Shown: positions 1 to 14,590 of the stretch, one piece after another | How positions within the stretch are numbered: the first letter of the stretch is position 1 | Layout of the letters: each line of letters begins with the position of its first letter | Source: the human T2T-CHM13v2.0 reference genome, Homo sapiens | Reading direction: 5' to 3' (one strand) | Length of the DNA: 64,000 nucleotides | Assembly: GCF_009914755.1 (NCBI RefSeq) | Contig: NC_060931.1 | The notes under the pieces: model-generated | Seen by the model: the letters and a program-made list of their open reading frames with translations, nothing else | Databases searched by the model: none | Told to the model about the DNA's origin: nothing | Translations under genes and position numbers: made by a program

Positions 1-1800
<1,800 letters not shown>

Positions 1801-1926
1801 GAAACCAACCTTACCAACACCTTGATTTAGGATCTCTAGTTTCCAGGATTGTGAAACAATAAGTTTCTTTTGTTGAAGTCACTCTGTTTGCAGTATTTGT
1901 TATTGCCACCCTAGCAAACTAACACA
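1801..1926 (+). mobile_element. MLT1-type MaLR LTR 3' end (the L1 inserted into it)
   Basis: ...ccaacaccttgattt...aataagtttctttt...ctagcaaactaacaca matches the MLT1 LTR terminus. Confidence 0.75.
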
Positions 1927-2117
1927 GCCTCTTATGCCAAAAAGTGATAATGAGATCTTTATGTTATAGCCCTTCAGATTATCATTACTTCTCTTCTGGA
2001 TTATTTAAATTATTCTTCAGTTCATCTGTATGCTGTTGTAATCATATTTCAGAAATACAGATTTGATCTTGTCAAAAAAATAAAAAATGAAAAACAAAGT
2101 CTCTCTCTGCCAATTCT

Positions 2118-2811
2118 AAAAAAAAAAAAAATGTGGAGAAATTCAAACATTTGTGCTCTGTTTGTGGGAATGTAAAAAGGTACAGCCGCTGTGGAAATAG
2201 TAGGGTGGTTTCTCAAAAAATTAAAAATATAATTACCATATGATCCGGCAATTTCACTTGTGGATATATACCCCCAAAATTGAAAGAAGGGTCTCGAAGA
2301 AATATTTGTACAACCATGTTCATAAAAGCATTATTCACAATAGCTAAAACATGTACCAACCAAAGGGTCCATCAGTGGATGAATGGATAAACAAAATGGG
2401 GTGAATACATAAAATGGAATATTATTCAGCCTTAAAAAGAAAGGAAATTCTGACACATGTTACAACATGGATGAAGCATAAGGACATCATGCTAATTGAG
2501 ATAAGCCAGGCACAAAAACACAAATACTGTATGACTCCACTTATATGAGATACTTAGAGTAGTCAAAATTTTAGAAACAGAAAATAGAATGGTGGTTGCC
2601 AGGGGCTGGGGAAGGGAGGAATGGGTAGTTAGTGTTTAATGACTATAGAGTTTTAATCTTACAAGATGTAAAAAGTTACAGAGATGGGTGGTAGTGATGG
2701 TTGCACAACATTATGAATGTATTTAGTGCCACTGAATTGTATGCTTAAAATAGTTAAGAGAGTAACGTATATGTGTATTTTATCACAATAAAAATTCTGG
2801 AAAAAATAAAA
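2118..2811 (+). mobile_element. Old L1 (L1MB-like) 3' end
   Basis: gtgggaatgtaaaa..ggtacagccgctgtggaaa, ccatatgatccggcaatttcac, tgtatgactccacttatatgag, A-rich end. Resembles 37700-38337. Confidence 0.85.
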
Positions 2812-3242
2812 GAGATGCATTAGTCACAACTGTAGGCCCATGCTAATGCATACTGACTGGTCCCAGCGCTACCTTGAGAGATCTACTCCACATAGTTTGT
2901 AAACCAGCACACTTTACCATGTTAGCAAGGCTAAAGATGGGAGAAAGTTGGGAGAAAGTTAGTCATCCAGCATTTCATCCAGAAGTCCTAGAAACTGGAA
3001 TTTACAACATTGCCTGATGGAGGACTCATGTGTAGTCACTGATTAATTGCAGTATCAATTTCCATGGAAAGAAACTACATAAAAATACAGCTTAAGTTAA
3101 TGCCTTCAGCTAAGCAGAATAAACTTTAGCTAAGCAGAGTAAACTCCATATGGTAAATAAAAACTTTGCCACAATCTTACACAGTGGAAAGCAGAAAGTG
3201 CTAGTAATCCATGGAAAATGGCATTTGAAAAAAATTGAAGTT

Positions 3243-3246
<4 letters not shown>

Positions 3247-3274
<28 letters not shown>
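3247..3274. repeat. (GT)14 microsatellite
   Basis: Perfect GT run seen directly. Confidence 0.97.
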
Positions 3275-3567
3275 AAGTGGAGGTGGTTCTGAAAAGCAAT
3301 GAAACCCCAAGACACATCACTTGGCAGATGGAAAGAATGAAGAAGCTGAATCATTGTTATTTTCACTTACATCAAAACTGTACTTTCTCTTAGTAGAGAA
3401 GGTAAATATAGGAAGGAAATGGTCAGAACATCTGGAAAATCACAAGTAAATAGATTTGAAGTTTAATGTCTTCTACTTGTGCATATTCTGATTTCTGCCC
3501 TGGATGTTCACCCCTTTGCCTCTGTACCCTAAAGACAATATCAATGGGCATATCTAACATTTCTCTT

Positions 3568-3977
3568 TGCTATGGTTTGCATGTATGTGTACCTCCAACA
3601 TTCATATGTTGGACCCTAATGCCCAATACTATGGTATTCAGAGGCAAGGCCTTTCAGGCAGTGATTAAGTCATAAGCACTCCATCCTCATGAATAGGATT
3701 AGTGGTCTTATAAAAAGAGGCTGAAGGAAGAATCTTAGTCCCTTTTCCCCTCCTGCCCTTTATCTCTGCAATGAAACAGCATTCACCCCTTCTACTATGT
3801 GAGGACGCAACAACAAGGTGCCACCCTGGAAGCAAAGATTGAGTCTCAGACACTGAATCTGCCAGTGCTTTGATCTTGGACTTCCCAGTCCCCGGAACTG
3901 TGAAAAACAAGTTTCTGTTGTTTACAAATTACCCAGTCTAAGGTATTTGGTTATAGCAGCAAGGACAGACTAAGATA
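3568..3977 (+). mobile_element. MaLR solo LTR (MSTC/MSTD-like)
   Basis: TGCTATGGTTTG start, ...gactaagata end, perfect 5-bp TSD CTCTT (3563-3567 / 3978-3982). Confidence 0.9.
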
Positions 3978-4135
3978 CTCTTCAAGCTCAGTTTATGATG
4001 CACAGTACAAATCATGACACCATAGTTAGAACATCAGCGATACAGACCTGGTTGGATCATGTTACTCTCCTGGCTCTAGAAAATCATTAATCCTTAGGAG
4101 TCTTAGTTTCTCATCTTTTAAATGTCATGAAGATT

Positions 4136-4825
4136 TGAAACTGCCTTTCAAAATTATGACTGAGACAGTGAAAGAGATCTAACTTAACCGACTCTTATCT
4201 TGCTTCTAACATCCGAGCTGTCTTTGTTCATTCCTGGGCATAGGCTGAACTAACTTTGGGAGAAACTTAGTTTATAGTTTAAAAAAAGATGGCAACAGCC
4301 CTTTCCTGAAGCAGACCTCCTTCTTGCCTGGGGTCTAGATTGCCTTTGTAGGACTAACATTAGCCACAAGATTAGAAATTATGTTTTAAGAGTCATACAG
4401 CTGGAGGCTACAAGATTCTGACCCTCCCCGAAACTGCTCCTAAGATCAGTGCTTGAGATATTTTGCACATCCTGCACTTGATGGATCAGCTGGCACCACC
4501 CAGATCAATAAACTAGCTCATCTGATCTTGTGCCCCCTCCCCGCCCCGGCCAGGAACTGACTTAGCGCAAGAAGACAACTTCGACTCCCTGTGGTTTCAT
4601 CTCTGACCCGTCAACACTCCTGGCTCACTGGCTTCCCCCAAGCCACCAAGTTATCCTTAAAAACTCTGCTACCTGAATGCTCAGGGAGACTGATTTGAGT
4701 AATGATAAAACTTTGGTCTCCCTCACAGCTGGCTTTGTGTGAAATACTCTTTATTGCAATTCCCCTGTCTTGATGAATTGGCTCTGTCTAGGCAGCAGGC
4801 AAGGTGAACCCCTTGGGCAGTGACA
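4136..4825 (+). mobile_element. ERV1 solo LTR, LTR8
   Basis: TGAAACTGCCTTT..AAAATTATGACTGAGACAGTGAAAGAGATCTAAC start, TG...CA termini, 690 bp, 4-bp TSD GATT. Confidence 0.9.
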
Positions 4826-5259
4826 GATTTTTTTTTTTACTCACTTTGTTGCTAAATGCAGTAGCTAGGAATTTTAAGTTTACTGTTATTATTCGTATTT
4901 CTGAGAGACACAAGGATGACTGGCGGTGGTATGCGGCCCCAAAGACTACCTTATTTTTCTAGAGCCTACACAAGTTCAGAGAGGAAGCCTTATAATGAGA
5001 CTCAAGGAGCAATTTTCCGATCTTCTTCAGAATTGAGTAGCTTACTGGGAGCTATCAAATCATGTCATAGGATGACATCATATGTTTATGCATCTAGGTA
5101 CAAACCACACAGCCAAGAGAGAATCAAATATTCTTTATCTCCAGATCATTTGTTTCCTTCCTCTCATTGCTTCTTGTGAGCATAAAAAAATTCTCAGGGA
5201 CATAAAATAGATTCCACATCAAACTGACTTGTATTATTTTTTAAAAATATATTTTATTT

Positions 5260-5490
5260 AACCAACACCTATACAGCCTTCACTATATGTGGGGACTATT
5301 CTTAAAAGCTCTGTGACTGTTAACTTATTTAATGTTCAACCATATGAGATAAAATATTCTCTTTAACAGATGAGAAAACTGAGACACATCAAGGTTAAGT
5401 ACGTCACTCAAGGTCACATGGTTAATAACTAACAGGGTAAAAAATTCAAATTCAGACATCTCACTCCAAAATTCCTGCTCTTACCTATTA
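5260..5490 (-). mobile_element. MIR SINE
   Basis: cagatgagaaaactgagacaca..aaggttaagt..caaggtcaca is the reverse complement of the MIR core. Confidence 0.75.
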
Positions 5491-6886
5491 TATTATGCTG
5501 CATCATTAAAAGTAAAATATTACTTTTTAAAAGTTCTTTGACATTGCATTAACTGGAAACTAAAATCACCAGCCACCAACAATGTACTGTGGGTACTTCG
5601 AAGCCAACAGGCAAAAGATAGAATAATTTTTCTAATCTCCTTTTGACGGCTGGAATTGTATAAGTATTTAATCCTCTTCATGTTGAGTATTAATCGTTAG
5701 CAAGTGGATGCCTCCTGAAAATTGCATGGGATAAACTAAAGTGGGTTTTACAGAAAAAAGCTGTATTTTAACTGCACTCTCTAGATTAGCAGAATGGTGA
5801 ATGAGTAGGTCTGGGCCTACAGTAGAATCTCTTATAAGGAGGCTTCCTTCTAATAGGCTTTCTCCAGCTTTTCAGAGACTGAGGAGAAACTGCACTCAGT
5901 GCTATGAACATAGAGCTGCAATGGCTATTACTTAGAGGTGGTCCCTTTCATATGGCTAAGAGGGGACTTGTTTTAAGCAGCTGAATCAGTGCTCTGAAAC
6001 CTGCAATGCCTGCTTGTTTTCTTTGCTAATATTAAAGAGAACCGCCCCTTCCCACCATACTTGTGTGGGAGCCCCAAATCGTACGAATAAAACACAATAA
6101 GATATCACGACAACCATGCCTGAACTGAAGCGCATACAGGACATTTCTGATGAAGGGAGTGCTATTTCTGATGGCTCCATTAACATGGGCCTTTGTGACA
6201 GGGATGGGTTCTTGCACCTTCAGCTGAAGACCAAAGTAAAGTCAATGTCATTGTGAATAGGTGAATTTTAGTTCCTCAAATGAGCCAACTGTAGTTACTC
6301 TTTGGAAGAATATACATAATCCTGGTAGTTGTATTTTCCTTCAGGCTATTCAGGAGAAAACAAGCTATAGTCTCATTGTTGGAGAGAGCAGATATGCAGT
6401 TTAAGCCAGCTACTCCCTCCCATATCCTCCAACAAGCAAGATATCCCTTTCCTCTTCAGAACCAAGGAAAGCCCAGATAGAGAAAAGCTTCATTCACATA
6501 GAGCTAAATAAAGACTGGGGGTCAGCATTTGTTAGACATGGGGAGGGAGCAGGGGAGAGTTGATGGGGCAACTGTTATCATATGGAAAGAAGTAGCATGT
6601 CCTGTGAAAGGAGGTGAGAATGAAGAGGTAAAGAAGTACAGAGGACTGTAGAGAGGGAGAGAGCTGGTTGAAAGAGGGAAGGTCCCACATGGGATGCCTT
6701 CCAAAGACCTAATGAGCAGGTCTTGTCTCTGAGTTCCCTCTCAGTCTCTCACTCTCCTTCCAAGTTCAAAGATATGGATAGCTAAATAAAGTCACAACTC
6801 TCAGTCATCAAATTCAGTACTGGTTTATGATATGTACTTAAACCCTGTAATAAAAAAACTGCTGTGGAGATATTAGCAATGGAGAA

Positions 6887-7076
6887 AGTGGGGTGCTGGA
6901 AAGACTGACCATTACATAAAGCCTTGATTTGTCATATTTGCCAATTTTCTTAGTGTAAATGCCCTAATCATTGTTGTTTTCAAGCTACCAAAGCGATGTC
7001 ACTAAGTGCAGGGTTTGTAAGAGGTGCCCACAGCCACTCTCTCCTGAGCCAGTACAACCTGGCCACAGCATACCAC
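6887..7076 (-). mobile_element. MER63-type hAT MITE
   Basis: Inverted termini agtggggtgctgg / cagcataccac; internal ttcaagctaccaaagcgatgtcact. Confidence 0.7.
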
Positions 7077-8460
7077 ACCATGGGGTTGGTCCATGTTCCC
7101 TTCAGATCAACAGCTTACATCTTCTACTTAATTGAAAAGCTAATAGACCATCAGATGATAAAACACACTTGAGAGACTACAGACTATCTTCCTTGACATT
7201 TTTCTTCATCCACAGGTTACGAAAGGATGAATATAACTCAGGTAATGACCATGAAAATGCATGGTAGTTGAAAGTCTTTGTTCAGTGTAGTAGTACCATG
7301 ATTCCCTGTGTTCACACAGGCCAAGTGTTGAACACTGCACTTGGCCTCTACAATACCCATGTACTGATATTCACTCAAGTGAAAAATAAGTCAAGGAATA
7401 AACAAAATACTCTCTTATTCCTGGAAATGGCTACTAGAGGCAAGGTTGGAGAAGAGCACTTATATCTGTGGTCAAGTGGGCTTTTAAACAGGAAATTCCT
7501 TGGTAGGAAAGGGTCTGAGGGGAGTAGCCACTTCCAAAATGGAAAGCATGGAGGAAAGTAAGAGTCCCTGCTGTCTGCAGGAAGAATGGGTCCCAAGGGA
7601 GCTTAGAGCAAGGAAATGATAGAAGAAAGTGACTCAAACTAAATAGATATCTATCTTAGTACAAGCTGGACCAGAGCAGAGCTCCTGAAGCTTCCTGTAG
7701 ATTCTTGATCCTGCTAAGAAGTGAGAATTACAATGTGGGAGAGCAGAGGGAAGTGTTGCTCCGAAGGGCAGCTTCACCCAAGAGGGAAGGGAGAGAGAGA
7801 CTAGGTGTGTTTCCTCTATATAACTCACCAATCAAATCAGTTACTCTGGGAAGCAGGCTTGTAATGCCTATGGATGTCCCTCCGTATGAAGGGAGAGAAT
7901 GGTACCAGCCCCCTACCCTTCCACTGCCAAGCTCATTTTTATCTTAGTCTATTGAGCTTGACCATTAAGCTTTTTGTCACCGATGAATACGGCTGCTCCC
8001 TCATGGGAGAAGAGTGGCCCAGGTCTACAGGACAGACCTGCTTCACCTTCACTAAGCCCATCTCCAGCACTGACCTCTGCGTCTCTATGTATCCTCATGA
8101 GGGTGCTGATGGCCAATTGTAATTTGCCTCCACCACATTCAGCAATTGGTCAGAACAGCTAATTAATTAGGACAACCCCAGGGTCATTTGGTTCCCAAGG
8201 CTGAAAATTTGTCCTCTATTTTATTTCTCATGCCAAATTACATCCAGAGAGCATATCAGAGGTTTTGAATAAAAATGAATGAATAAAATGCCAAATAGAT
8301 AGATATCTTGAATTTGATTACTAAAACTGCTCCCCTAATCAAATTTCAGAGGGAAATTAAAGTCCAAAAATTAACACTTTTGCTTGTTAAAGTCCAATAT
8401 TTATGCCTTCTAATTTCATATTCTGCTCATCTCAGGTAAAGGGCTTATGATAGAGCCCTT

Positions 8461-8513
8461 AACTTCACCTGTAATGGAAGTTACCTGTAATGGAACTTCA
8501 CCTGTAATGGAAG
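8461..8513. repeat. Three tandem copies of ACCTGTAATGGAA (16-17 bp period)
   Basis: aacttcacctgtaatgg aagttacctgtaatgg aacttcacctgtaatgg aag. Confidence 0.9.
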
Positions 8514-10059
8514 CTTCTTCTGTTGCTTCCTGCAGAACACTCTGGATCAAGTAGTGGGAGAAACCACTCATACAGCTGACTTACCTCCCTCCAGCCTCTC
8601 AGACCCCATGCAGCAGTGCTACGCCCAGAGTTCCTTGACTTGGCTCCTTGCTACAACACATCTACATGCTTTTTCACTTTCTGTGTCTCTCGTGCCCCTT
8701 GCCAACTCCCAGTTTTCTCCTTCTTTATTACCACCCCTTCAAAATTAATAGAATTAGGATGGAGTTGAAATGTACAGATGTGCAGCTGCCTCATCTTCAG
8801 TTTCTAGGTAGTCACAGACTTCAGTAGATATTCCCAATTGTTCAGAAAGAACTTACAAAGTGGACTTTTGATATACTGCTGTATTTGTTGCTAGGAAAGA
8901 GTACAACCCCAAAGTTTATTCTTCTTCACTTTTGGAAAAGTACTGCACTCTGCGGTTCATCGCCCTGACAGGATGAGCTGATGTCTCCCAGTTGGAATCT
9001 ACTCCTCTTGCCTTCTAGCTATTTCTGAGCATTAAATATGTTAGAACCAAAAACAGAAACGGTTGCTCCATGCTTCATTAGAGAACCTTGATAACATTGT
9101 CCTCAGGGACCACACCACATAATGAGACCCATTTGGTTTTAAAACATTACTTCATGAACAAGGAAAGTAGTTTTACTCAACTGAAACTATGATATCAATT
9201 TTTTTTATTTCTGTAATCATTAAATGCAACTTTGATGAATAATTTCTAACATTTAAAATGTGGCTCCTGAATCTCTCTTCTCATTAAAAAGGAAAAAAAC
9301 TAGTTTTGAAAATAACCATCCCTCTCAGCTCTATTAGTGTATGGTTCAGTTTTTAAATAAATGCTTTCACTTAAAAGTAGAGTGTGCATATTAAAGAAAA
9401 TTTGGATACCCAGAAAAGTGGACAGAGGAAAAAAGTACATGTAGTCCCATTATCCAAGAAAAATCATCATTAACATTTTAATGTTTTCACTTATAATTTC
9501 TTCTTAGTTTTATGCTTATATTTCCTCAGATTGAAAGTAGGTCAATTACCCATAAATTAAGCTATTAATTTAATGTAATGCTAAGTTGCGATTCCCTATT
9601 AGAATGCAATTCGAACATAAATCCCCATGGGTTTCTTTTAGAACCTGATTAGTTCACTCTAAATTCAACCTAAGGTATAAATTAATAAGACTATGTAAGA
9701 AAAAATTTTGAAACAGCGAATAAAGAAGTTGCCTGGCAAAATGTATGAAAATTTAAAATGCATTTTTTTTTAATCTAACATACCAATTTGGTGAAGCTTT
9801 CCCTAACATGTACAAGGCTGGTCTGCAAAGATATATGTCAAAGGGTGTTTTGGGGTGGTTTTGTCTGTTTTGTTTTGGAACTGCAAAATGAAGAGTTGAA
9901 GTTATCGCACTTCTCCACTCATGAAACATTAACTGCCATCATCCACACATGGAAGGACCATGTCTTGTTTATTTTCCACAGGACTGATTCTTGTTCCATG
10001 TTTCTTTCCTTAAAATCCCCAATCTTCATTCCCTTTTTCCTCCTTCCCAAGTAATCATA

Positions 10060-11020
10060 TATCACATTATGATTATACATTATTTAGGATTTTTTTATCA
10101 CAAGGAATAAGGCAATGAACATCATCCCCCATGAGCTTTCCATTATGGACCTCTGCAAAACTTTAGCTGGGACACAGGATAATATATAAGAATATATATT
10201 CTTGTCTTCCCAAAGTACTTTTGAATTGCTTTCCACATTGTCTGTACCATTTTTCATTATCATCTACTTGTCCATGTGGTTAATTTCCTTTCATTCTTTC
10301 CAATACTTGTCATTAACTTTTGTTAATGTAATGAGTATAATGTAGTGGTTCACCACTGTCATAATTCACATCTTATTAATTAGTAAGTTTGACTGTCACT
10401 TCATATACTTAAGAGCCATTTAATTTTTCACTTCTGAGATTTGAGTATACACATTTGTCTACTTTTCCTTTTGGTGTTTTGATTTTTCCCGAATGATTTG
10501 GAAGAAATCTCAAATATTCTAAATTCTAATCTCTTGTCAGTCTTAGTTTTGACAAGTATCTTCCTCCAATCCATTGTCTGTCTATTAATTTTGTCTATGG
10601 TGTTTTCATTTGATAGAAATCTCCATTTTTGATGTAATAAAATCTTAATTTTTCACATTGTGAGTTATATTTCTAAGGTCCTCTTTAAGAATATCTGTCT
10701 GACCTGAAGTCAGAAAGATAACCTCCTCTACTTTTTTCCTGTTATCTTTATTTTGACTTTTAATATTTATAATTCACTGGAATTAATTCTTGTATTTTGA
10801 ATGATATATAGCTCTTTACACATGAGCTTCTATTAATAATATATCTTCTCCCTCATTGACATGGTACCATCTTACATTAAGTTCCCCCAAATACATGGCT
10901 CAGTTTCTGACTGTCCATGGAATTATATTTACCTGCTTGTACCTGAACCAGTAGCCCACCTATTTTTTTTCCTTTATGACAATGTCCTGGTATTAGGGCA
11001 TATTCTCTGGTAGATTTAAT
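10060..11020 (-). mobile_element. Highly diverged L1M(E) fragment
   Basis: T-rich antisense L1 3' motifs (ggcaatgaacatc, ttgctttcca..tgtaccatttt, tctcttgtcag). Confidence 0.55.
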
Positions 11021-11059
11021 CCTCACTACTTACTTTCTAAAAATGATTTGGGAATTTTT

Positions 11060-11500
11060 AAATATGAAAAACAATATAAGAAGCAAATAGAATTAAAAAT
11101 AAGAAATGAGTAAGAATATACAAGATCAGAGAGACAAATTTTTAAAAATTGACCTAACTGGCATGTATAGAACATTGCATCTGACAGTGGCAGAACAGCA
11201 TGGGGGAAACCACCCCCATGATCCAATCACCTCCCACCAGGCCTCTCCCCAGACATGTGGGGATTATACTATCAAATTACAAGTTGAGATGAGATTTGGG
11301 TGGGGACACAAATCCAAACCATATCAGTTTAATATTTGAAAATCAATGTAATTCTATACATTAACAGAAAAAAATTAAAGAAATAATTATTTCAATAAAT
11401 GCAAAAAAAAATTAATGAGGCTAAAACCAAATTATGATAAAATCTCTTAGCAAATAGGGATAGAAGGGAACTTAATTTGACAAAGAATATCTATCTCCCA
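11060..11500 (+). mobile_element. L1M ORF2 fragments fused around an MST LTR remnant
   Basis: Left piece encodes the EN-like IDLTGMYRTLH. Right piece gtttaatatttgaaaatcaatgtaatt is RT-region like. Confidence 0.6.
11196..11326 (-). mobile_element. MSTA-like LTR 5' remnant (~130 bp)
   Basis: gagatttgggtggggacacaaatccaaaccatatca is the reverse complement of the TGATATGGTTTGG start. Confidence 0.85.
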
Positions 11501-11982
11501 AAAAAACAAAAAAATTAATGGGACTAGGGTTGTCCTCCTACTGGAAATCAGTAGGTGACTGTGCCTTCCATGATGTGGTTTCTGTCAACCACCTCTACTC
11601 TTTTTCCAAGTTTTATACCCTTTGAGAGGTTCACAGCGAGGAGTATTGACATTGTCAGAAAATGATGATTTAGAAAAGTGGCAGGATTCCACGACCTGGA
11701 ATGTTTAGTGCATAGAGTAACTAGCTTCAACCTCTCTGAAACCACTTGACCAAGAGGCAACCCTTGGGCATTCTCTTTCCTGGGAAAGGTCTAGGGAACA
11801 ATAAAGGTCTAGAGAACAATAAAGGGATATTTCCAGCATTCTCTGCAGTGGGACATATAGAAGGTGCTATGGTTTGAACATTTGTCCCCTCCTAAACTCA
11901 TATTGAAATTTAATTGCCATTGTAACTATATTGCGAGGCGACACCTTTAAGAGGCATTTAGTCATGAGGGATCTACCCCTCA

Positions 11983-12240
11983 ACTCCTCTGGCCAGCCCA
12001 TCCTTGCACATCACGTACTGCCTTAGCTGCAGGCCTTTGCACATGCCAGTCCTACGCCCAGAATGGTCCCCTGCCTCCCCGGAGGCTCCTTTACCTGCCA
12101 GCCTTCTTTTCTTGACCTAAATTTCCCTTTCTCTGGGAGAGCCTCCTACCCTCTCCTCTAGGCTATTCACTTCTTCCACATGCCCCATGGTGCCCACTCT
12201 TTCAGCTGGGGCAATGCTCGTCACACTGCATAGTAATTGC
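11983..12240 (+). mobile_element. L2-like fragment embedded within the MST LTR
   Basis: ggcctttgcacatgc...ccagaatg...tcacactgcatagtaattgc resembles the L2 3' region. Confidence 0.6.
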
Positions 12241-12262
12241 TCAGTTGAAAATTGCTCAGTTG

Positions 12263-12334
12263 AAACCTCTTTCCTTTATAAATTACCCAGTCTCAGGTAG
12301 TATCTTTTTAGCAGTGTGAGAATGGACTAATACA
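12263..12334 (+). mobile_element. MSTA/THE1-type LTR 3' terminus
   Basis: aaacctctttcctttataaattacccagtctcaggtag...gcagtgtgagaatggactaataca. Confidence 0.85.
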
Positions 12335-13639
12335 TAGAGTGAGTTCACTTCCTCTTGCTCTCTGTCTTTCTTGCCCTCTCTCTGCCCTTTCACCATGGAA
12401 TGATACAGCAAGGAAACCCTCACAAGATGCTGATACCTTGATAGTGGACTTCCAAACCTACAGAACTGTGAGCCAATAAATTTCTCTTCATTATAAATTA
12501 TCCCAACTATGGTATTCTATGGTATTTACGGCAGCACAAAACAGGATAAGACAGAAGGGAAAAAAGTTCCTTCCATAGAGAAGTTCTCCCTTAGAGAATA
12601 AGACTTGAGAATACTCAAGAAGCCCTGGGCATGGATAGGACTTATGCAACATGAAAAACCAAGCAGGGGAACAGGAGTAACTGAACTGGTAAACATCCTT
12701 CATGTTTTCTTATATTTATCCTTCATATCTCAAATTAGGGTTATGGTTATATAATGAGGCTCTGATGTACTTGAGAAAGCTACGCCGTATGGTTCTTATT
12801 GAATTGCCATAATTTCCTATGAAATGGTTCTTGAATAGGCTAAGATCTCCCTGGGTTTAGAAATGTACAGCAGTCTACATTGTTCTCTTTACTGTGGGTA
12901 CTTGAATAGTCTAGGAAGTCAGCTCTTCATCCACAATGGAAAAATAAATATTTCAGTACCCAAGTTTTTATGGAAAATTTTAGTTTGATAAAATTATTCT
13001 ATTCACATACCTCATCATGAAAGGAAATGAACAGACTTTTGATGAAACTTTAAAAAATCATTCTCTAACCTTATTAAGAAACAAAATGCAAAAGTGTATT
13101 AGGAATTTATGCTCCCTCTTTACGTGAAAGGTTACTGTAGATAATACCATAATAAGAAAAGTCCAAATGAAAGAGAGCTGGAAATTATTCTAATAACTAT
13201 TCAGTTAGCAAAATATCACAATTGCCAGATACATATTTCCTTTATTTTTTTGGTAATAAAAACTGAAATAGTAGTTCAATGAAAGTATAAATCAAAATGA
13301 ATGGTTTTGAAAGATTGCCCAGACACTTTCTATCATAGAGGTCACAATTCATAAAAAGAACATGTTGAAAACGTGTTTTCTGTACTCAGCATGACAATTT
13401 GTCTTAATCCCTTATCTTTGAGAATAGAATTTTAAAGAAAATAAAATTTTTGATGGTTGGCTCAGTCTTCATTTTTGTTCTGGGCAATATTTTATTAATG
13501 ACTGAAATGTGGACAGCAATGTTATGGTGACCTAAGTACCCTCGCTTGAGTGTGTAGAGAGGATTAGTCTGGCTTCCCCAATCCATGAAGTAGAAATTAG
13601 TGTATCAGACAGTAGAACCAGGGTCTAACATGGACCACC

Positions 13640-14214
13640 ATATTGAATGAGAGCCATTCCCTATCAGCCAGCCACGTGCTTATTTGGTTACAGATTCAGT
13701 GGAAATTAACAATGGTGCATGATGTCTAATACAGTTAGTATAAATCTTAGGTTAATACAGTATCAGGGAAAAGTAAGGCCATATTTCCAAGGTGTGCTGA
13801 GCCCATCATAGAGTTTAGCTGCATTACAGGGTTCCATTCTGGATCCAACTAAGAACTGAGAGATCCAGAAAAACTGGAACAAGTTCAGTGATGGATACCT
13901 GAAATGGTAAAGGTATCAAAGTATTGTCACATGGGGAGCTGTTTAAGAAATAAAGGGAAGATAAGATCTATGAAAGACATGATGTGTGTCCCCATATACT
14001 TGAAGGACTGTCATGCAGTGAAAGAACAAGATTGATTGCCATTGCAGAGGGAGGCTAGCTGCAAATCTGTGTAGAGAAGAGCTATGAAGGAATAGTCTGC
14101 CTAAATTGGAAGTGAGTGCCCCATGATTGAGAAGTTCAAACAGACAAGCATCTCTCATGGATGTTTGGGGGATGGTTGGGTTAGAAATAGTGGGCCTGAG
14201 AGTGTGCAAGGATT
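13640..14214 (+). mobile_element. L3/CR1 LINE fragment
   Basis: aaaactggaacaagttcag, tacttgaaggactgtcatg, gagaagttcaaacaga resemble the CR1 3' region. Confidence 0.55.
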
Positions 14215-14363
14215 GGATAAAGATGACTTAAAGTGTAAAGGAGGATATGCATAGGTTATATGAAAATACAACAGCATTTTATATAAAGGACTTAAGCATC
14301 TGAGAATTTTGGTATCCACAGGGGGCCTAGAACTAATCCCCTGTGGATACCAAGGGGTAATTG
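14215..14363 (-). mobile_element. MER2 (TcMar-Tigger) terminal fragment
   Basis: ggtatccacagggggcctagaactaatcccctgtggataccaagggg, followed by TA. Confidence 0.8.
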
Positions 14364-14369
14364 TAATGA

Positions 14370-14590
14370 TGGCAAAGTGTGTGGACTCTGAAGTCAAACT
14401 GCTGAGTTCAGATCATGGCCTTAGTTCTTTATGCGAAATTGAGTAGGTTACTTGCCTTTCTATGCCTGTTTTCACATTTGTAAAATGGAGATGACAATAT
14501 TACCTAATTCACAGCGTTGCTCTGAAAAATAGACACAATCACAAAATGTTTATAATCCAGCTCACATAAATATTGCATGTTAGTTGTTAC
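14370..14590 (+). mobile_element. MIR SINE
   Basis: ggactctgaagtca...ttgtaaaatggagatgacaat..tacctaattcacag. Confidence 0.7.

Larger units (their letters stand above)
11865..12553 (+). mobile_element. MaLR solo LTR (MSTC-like), interrupted by a foreign L2-like segment and an MSTA/THE1 3' end
   Basis: TGCTATGGTTTG start, ...taagaca end, perfect TSD GAAGG (11860-11864 / 12554-12558). Confidence 0.85.
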
